NCBI GenBank assembly: GCA_022813865.1
Contig: JALDZX010000110.1
Location: 1-34,552, forward strand
DNA length: 34,552 bases
Direction: 5' to 3'
DNA from: Xylographa opegraphella
Taxonomy: Eukaryota
Of this stretch, positions 34,413-34,552 are shown piece after piece. The notes below the pieces were generated by a model. The model saw only the letters and a program-made list of their open reading frames with translations. It did not search any database and was not told the DNA's origin. Numbering within the stretch: position 1 is the stretch's first letter; each line of letters starts with the position of its first letter. A program made the position numbers and the translations under genes.

Positions 34413-34552
34413 ATGTTTTTGCGTATTTAATATATTGAATACGTTTAACACGTTTAACAATAGATTTTGCTTTTCGTATTTTTAATAAATATTTTATATA
34501 TTTGAAATATATTTAAAATACATTTTAAATACGGTTTTAAAATTTAATTAAA

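Larger units (their letters stand above)
33381..34552. repeat. AT-rich, RIP-like degenerate repeat region
   Basis: Abrupt switch to very high A+T right after the stop codon at 33380. (TA)n run near 33426-33443. Residual C/G mostly in CpG. Confidence 0.75.

Overview
Eukaryotic DNA from a filamentous ascomycete (Pezizomycotina-type GT..AG introns with CTRAY branch sites). A gene-rich island of about 31.5 kb (about 1.7-33.4 kb) sits between two very AT-rich, RIP-like flanks that carry short solo LTRs; on the left two of these are nested, each with an intact 5-bp target-site duplication. In order, the island holds: an SDR pseudogene fused to an MFS-transporter fragment, an Arg/Ser-rich protein with a CxxC/CxxC motif, C2H2 zinc-finger gene A, an orphan ORF, a 4-exon 97-aa CYSTM gene missed by the ORF track, a KLAP1-like zinc-finger gene B, the oligosaccharyltransferase stt3, a coiled-coil gene with a decayed 3' end, and C2H2 zinc-finger genes C and D. 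The main observation is four zinc-finger regulators within 26 kb around stt3. Three of them share the same unusual finger array, which suggests an old paralogous transcription-factor cluster. All gene models and alignments were made by eye, and family names come from motif recall, not database searches.
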